Assembly: GCA_965250005.1 (NCBI GenBank)
Contig: OZ252279.1
Coordinates: 1,470,001-1,502,000 of the forward strand
Origin: Demequinaceae bacterium
Lineage (GTDB): Bacteria; Actinomycetota; Actinomycetes; Actinomycetales; Demequinaceae
Direction of reading: 5' to 3'
Length of the DNA stretch: 32,000 nucleotides
Below, piece after piece: positions 28,780 to 32,000 of the stretch. The translations under genes and the position numbers were made by a program. Below the pieces are notes generated by a model that worked only from the letters and a program-made list of their open reading frames with translations, was not told the DNA's origin and ran no database searches. The first letter of the stretch is position 1, and the number at the start of each line of letters is the position of its first letter.

Positions 28780-28849
28780 GGGGCTGGTGCAGGGATAGGT
28801 GACAACTGACTTCTGGGACCTGGGAGGGTCTTGGTGGAAGGATGTTGTT

Positions 28850-29149
28850 ATGCCTAAAGTTTTTCCTGAGGAGTTTCGCCGTGACGTGGTTGCGGTTGCC
28901 CGGCGCCGTGAGGCGTCTCAGAAGCAGATTGCCGAGGATTTCGGGATCTCGCATGCGACGTTGTCGAATTGGTTGCGTCAAGCCAACATCGAGGACGGTG
29001 ACAAACCTGGTGTGAGCCGTGAGCGAGCCGAACAGGTGCGGGAGTTGCGTCGGCGTAATCGGTTGCTCGAGCAAGAGAACGAGGTTTTGCGGCGTGCGGC
29101 CGCTTACTTGTCGCAGGCCAATCTCAAACTCGGTGGCCACCCAAAATGA
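28850..29149 (+). CDS. IS3-family transposase OrfA (copy A2)
   Basis: Identical protein to 3503-3802. Confidence 0.92.
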   Translation: MPKVFPEEFRRDVVAVARRREASQKQIAEDFGISHATLSNWLRQANIEDGDKPGVSRERAEQVRELRRRNRLLEQENEVLRRAAAYLSQANLKLGGHPK

Positions 29150-30021
29150 TCTACCCGCTCGTCCGCGAGCTGGCCGTCGACGGTGTTCCCGTCGCGGTGA
29201 CGTGTCGGGTGCTGAAGATTGCTCGCCAGCCGTACTACCGGTGGCGAAGCGAACCAGTTACGGCATTGGACTGGGTGCAAGCGCATCGCATGAACGCGCT
29301 CATTGACGCGCACCGTGACGACCCAGAGTTCGGCTACCGGTTCCTCGCGGACGAGGCCGTGGTAGCCGGATGGCCGATGGTGCGCAGGACCGCATGGTCC
29401 TTGGCGTCGCAGGCGGGTTTGGTGTCAACGACACAGCGTCGCAAGAGAGGCAAGGCAGGCAAACCCGGTCCACCCGTGTTCGATGACCTCGTGCAACGTG
29501 TCTTCACCGCCCAGAGCCCAAATCAGGTGTGGCTGACGGACATCACGGAGCACCCCACCAGTGAAGGCAAACTCTACCTGTGCGCCATCAAGGACCTGTA
29601 CTCGAACCGCATCGTCGGCTACTCACTCAGTGACCGAATGCAAGCCCAGTTGGCTGTGAACGCCCTGGCCAACGCCGTCGCGTCCCGCGGCGACGTCACT
29701 GGATGCATCCTGCACGCCGATAGGGGATCTCAATTTCGTTCCCGCAAAATGGGTCACGCACTGAACCGTCACGGCATGGTCGGCTCCATGGGTCGAGTAG
29801 GTGCCGCCGGCGACAACGCCGCAATGGAATCCTTCTTCAGCCTGCTCCAAAAAAACGTCCTGAACCGGCAACGCTGGGACACCCGCCAGGAACTCCGCAT
29901 CGCGATCATCACCTGGATCGAACGCACCTACCACCGCCGCCGCCGACAAGACCGACTCGGACGCTTGACCCCCATCGAATACGAGACCATCATGAACACA
30001 CAAATGGCCCTCGCGGCCTAA
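29146..30021 (+). CDS. IS3-family transposase OrfB (copy A2)
   Basis: Identical protein to 3799-4674. Confidence 0.95.
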   Translation: MIYPLVRELAVDGVPVAVTCRVLKIARQPYYRWRSEPVTALDWVQAHRMNALIDAHRDDPEFGYRFLADEAVVAGWPMVRRTAWSLASQAGLVSTTQRRKRGKAGKPGPPVFDDLVQRVFTAQSPNQVWLTDITEHPTSEGKLYLCAIKDLYSNRIVGYSLSDRMQAQLAVNALANAVASRGDVTGCILHADRGSQFRSRKMGHALNRHGMVGSMGRVGAAGDNAAMESFFSLLQKNVLNRQRWDTRQELRIAIITWIERTYHRRRRQDRLGRLTPIEYETIMNTQMALAA

Positions 30022-30069
30022 ACCCGAACTGTCACCAGTTCCTGCACCAGCCCCGAACGTGCTCCCAAA

Positions 30070-30960
30070 ATAGGTTTCCGGCTCGTCCACGAGCTCAGCC
30101 GCGACGGTATCCCCGTCGCGGTGGCGTGCCAAAAACTTGGCGTTTCTCGTGCCGGCTACTACGAGTGGTTAGGCAGGGCCCCGTCACGGCGTGCGGTCGC
30201 GGATCGGACACTCACGGAGGTGATTTGTCGGATCCATCGTGACTCGCGGGGCACGTATGGTGCGAAACGTATCCACGACGAACTTTCAATCGAGCACGGT
30301 GTGGCCTGCAGCCGTAAACGGGTGGCCCGACTGTTGCGTGAAGCGGGCCTGCGAGGCGTGTCACACGGGCGTAAACGGCGTGGATGGGCCCCAGCAGCAA
30401 CCACCCATGACGACCTTGTCAAACGCCAGTTCCGAGCCGATCAGCCTGACCGGATCTGGTTTACGGACATCACGCAGCATCGCGCGCGTGATGGTTGGGT
30501 TTACTGCTGCGCCGTTGTTGATGCTTTCTCCCGCCGTGTCGTGGGCTGGTCTATTGCTGACCGACCCACCGCCGAACTCGTCACGGACGCCCTGGAAATG
30601 GCCCGCTGGCAACGCCGACCCCGGCCCGGAACTATTGTTCACGCCGATCGCGGAGCGCAATACACGAGTTGGATCTTCGGACACCGATTACGTGAAGCGG
30701 GGCTCCTGGGTTCCATGGGACGAGTCGCCTCCAGCGTGGACAACGCCCTCATCGAATCATTCTGGTCAACCATGCAACGCGAACTACTCGACCGCCAGTC
30801 CTGGGACAGTCGTATCGAACTGGCTGCAGCAATTTTCGAATGGATCGAAGGGTTCTACAACCCCCGCCGACGCCACACCGCCCTGACCGATCACCGCGGA
30901 CGCTCCGTCAGCCCCGCCACGTTTGAAGCACTTCACACCCGTGCCCAAATAGCGGCATAA
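30070..30960 (+). CDS. IS D transposase OrfB
   Basis: Frame IGFRLVHELSRDGIPVAVACQKLGVSRAGYYEWLGRAP... (track ORF starts at 30121); RIWFTDITQHRARDGWVYCCAVVDAFSRRVVGWS...HADRGAQYTSW...MGRVASSVDNALIESFW. No ATG at the frame start; probably expressed as an OrfAB fusion by frameshift. Confidence 0.85.
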   Translation: MGFRLVHELSRDGIPVAVACQKLGVSRAGYYEWLGRAPSRRAVADRTLTEVICRIHRDSRGTYGAKRIHDELSIEHGVACSRKRVARLLREAGLRGVSHGRKRRGWAPAATTHDDLVKRQFRADQPDRIWFTDITQHRARDGWVYCCAVVDAFSRRVVGWSIADRPTAELVTDALEMARWQRRPRPGTIVHADRGAQYTSWIFGHRLREAGLLGSMGRVASSVDNALIESFWSTMQRELLDRQSWDSRIELAAAIFEWIEGFYNPRRRHTALTDHRGRSVSPATFEALHTRAQIAA

Positions 30961-31000
30961 TCAACACACACCCCGTGTCCGGAAAAGCGGGGTCGGCTCC

Positions 31001-31384
31001 CCCATTGGCGACTTGCTGTTCTTTGTCGCTGACTGGTTAAACGCGGAGGAGCACTACAATGGAGTGGGCGTCGAACCAGGCCTGGCCCTTGAATTGGGGG
31101 GGCGCGAAGCCCTGGTCGGGTTGACGGCTGGTCTTGGAACAGAGGCGGCCTTGTCGCCCGGGGTAGCGTTTGTTTGTGGAGCTAGTGTGGGCGTAGCTTG
31201 CCCGGGCGTCGTCGTCGTGGCAAATCTTATAAGTTGGGGAGTTGAAGAAATCTCGGTCTCCGGCGTACGGTCCGAATTCGACTGTATGTTTGCGAATATT
31301 TGTTCACCAGGATTCTTCAGAGACTTCCCGGATCCAACTCCGTCACCGGGCCCGGATCCTAATTTATACTGGGAAGGTCGCTAG
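31001..31384 (+). pseudogene. Orphan Rhs tip 5 (truncated at the IS D junction)
   Basis: Open frame LLFFVADWLNAEEHYNGVGVEPG...VACPGVVVVANLISWGVEEISVSGVRSEFDCMFANICSPGFFRDFPDPTPSPGPDPNLYWEGR*: pre-toxin-like hydrophobic linker, short divergent tail, followed by a small lipoprotein gene. Not alignable to the core by eye. Confidence 0.4.
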
Positions 31385-31414
31385 GTCTGGTCATACGCGT
31401 TCAGGGAGGAATCC

Positions 31415-31972
31415 GTGTTTCGGAGAATCGTTTACGCCAGTCTTCTTGTCGCGCTGCTCGGCACGGCTGGATGTGGAACGCTCGCCAATCCCTTTGGGCC
31501 GCGGGAGCCAAAGCCGGTGCTCATCGTTCCGGATGAGACCGGAGGTATGACAATCTCGGTGCCGCTGTGCGTGGGCGATGAAGACTTTTCGGTCGGTGTC
31601 GGGGGATACAACGGCGTCCGCGATCGCGGCGTTGACTACTTGCTTGAAGGTGCCTCCACACGAACCGAGACAATCGTTCTGCGTCTAACCGTCGACACCA
31701 TCCTGGCTGGCGCGCTTACCGATCAGTTGCCGTTGGCTCCATGGGCCGCCGCATACGAAGCAGACTTCAACTCGGTGGCCGATGCTGGGTTGTTCTACGT
31801 ACGCGGCAAACTATTCTACGAGGCGGTCTACATGTCGGACCTGCCGCTCGCTGGCTCAAACCCAGTGATTCTTGGACTTGCACCGGGCACTGCTCTTGAA
31901 CCCGAATTCGAACCTACGACCGCTGAAGCGGGATTGACTGTCATCGAAGATTGGTGCGAGGGTCTGCTGTAG
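31415..31972 (+). CDS. Putative lipoprotein, possible immunity or accessory protein 5
   Basis: GTG start with AGGGAGGA upstream; MFRRIVYASLLVALLGTAGCG is a lipoprotein-type signal with a C after the hydrophobic stretch; same position relative to tip 5 as the other immunity genes. Confidence 0.55.
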   Translation: MFRRIVYASLLVALLGTAGCGTLANPFGPREPKPVLIVPDETGGMTISVPLCVGDEDFSVGVGGYNGVRDRGVDYLLEGASTRTETIVLRLTVDTILAGALTDQLPLAPWAAAYEADFNSVADAGLFYVRGKLFYEAVYMSDLPLAGSNPVILGLAPGTALEPEFEPTTAEAGLTVIEDWCEGLL

Positions 31973-32000
31973 CTTTTGTTGTCACGTTGACCTGACCTAC

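Larger units (their letters stand above)
28780..30054 (+). mobile_element. IS3-family insertion sequence, copy A2 (1275 bp), nested in IS D
   Basis: Same ends, length and internal ORFs as 3433-4707 (constant offset 25347); flanked by 3-bp GAA duplications. Confidence 0.95.
28450..31000 (+). mobile_element. IS3-family insertion sequence D, interrupted by a nested copy of IS A (about 1273 bp without it)
   Basis: Perfect 26-bp terminal inverted repeat GGAGCCGACCCCGCTTTTCCGGACAC at both ends. Confidence 0.92.

Noticed and set aside
3433-30054. Composite transposon bounded by the two IS A copies
   Set aside because: The copies have different TSDs (TTC and GAA) and one is nested in another IS, indicating independent insertions; mobilisation as a unit is not supported by the sequence.

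Overview
The window is from a high-GC, probably actinobacterial, chromosome. It opens with a partial metF-like gene, an OsmC-family gene, and a probable restriction-modification pair (m5C methyltransferase plus convergent HNH nuclease). The rest (~5.4-32 kb) is a large polymorphic-toxin (Rhs/YD-repeat) locus. It contains a secreted companion protein with a DNRLRE-like segment and one full-length secreted Rhs gene (ATG at 7440, ends 16496; SpvB/TcdB-like N-terminus, FG-GAP/VCBS-like repeats, YD-repeat core, variable C-terminal tip) with an overlapping small immunity-like gene. Downstream is an array of four displaced, 5'-truncated or IS-damaged Rhs-tip plus immunity-type cassettes. Two of these share the same pre-toxin linker and then diverge into unrelated tips. 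The array is invaded by at least four IS3-type elements, several with readable inverted repeats and 3-bp target duplications. One 1275-bp IS occurs twice as an apparently identical direct repeat bracketing the locus. A 1305-bp IS occurs twice in inverted orientation with a 727-bp loss of Rhs sequence next to one copy. One IS is nested inside another. The most interesting content is the array of alternative Rhs tips in a putative Gram-positive, with several candidate toxin/immunity pairs I cannot confidently assign.
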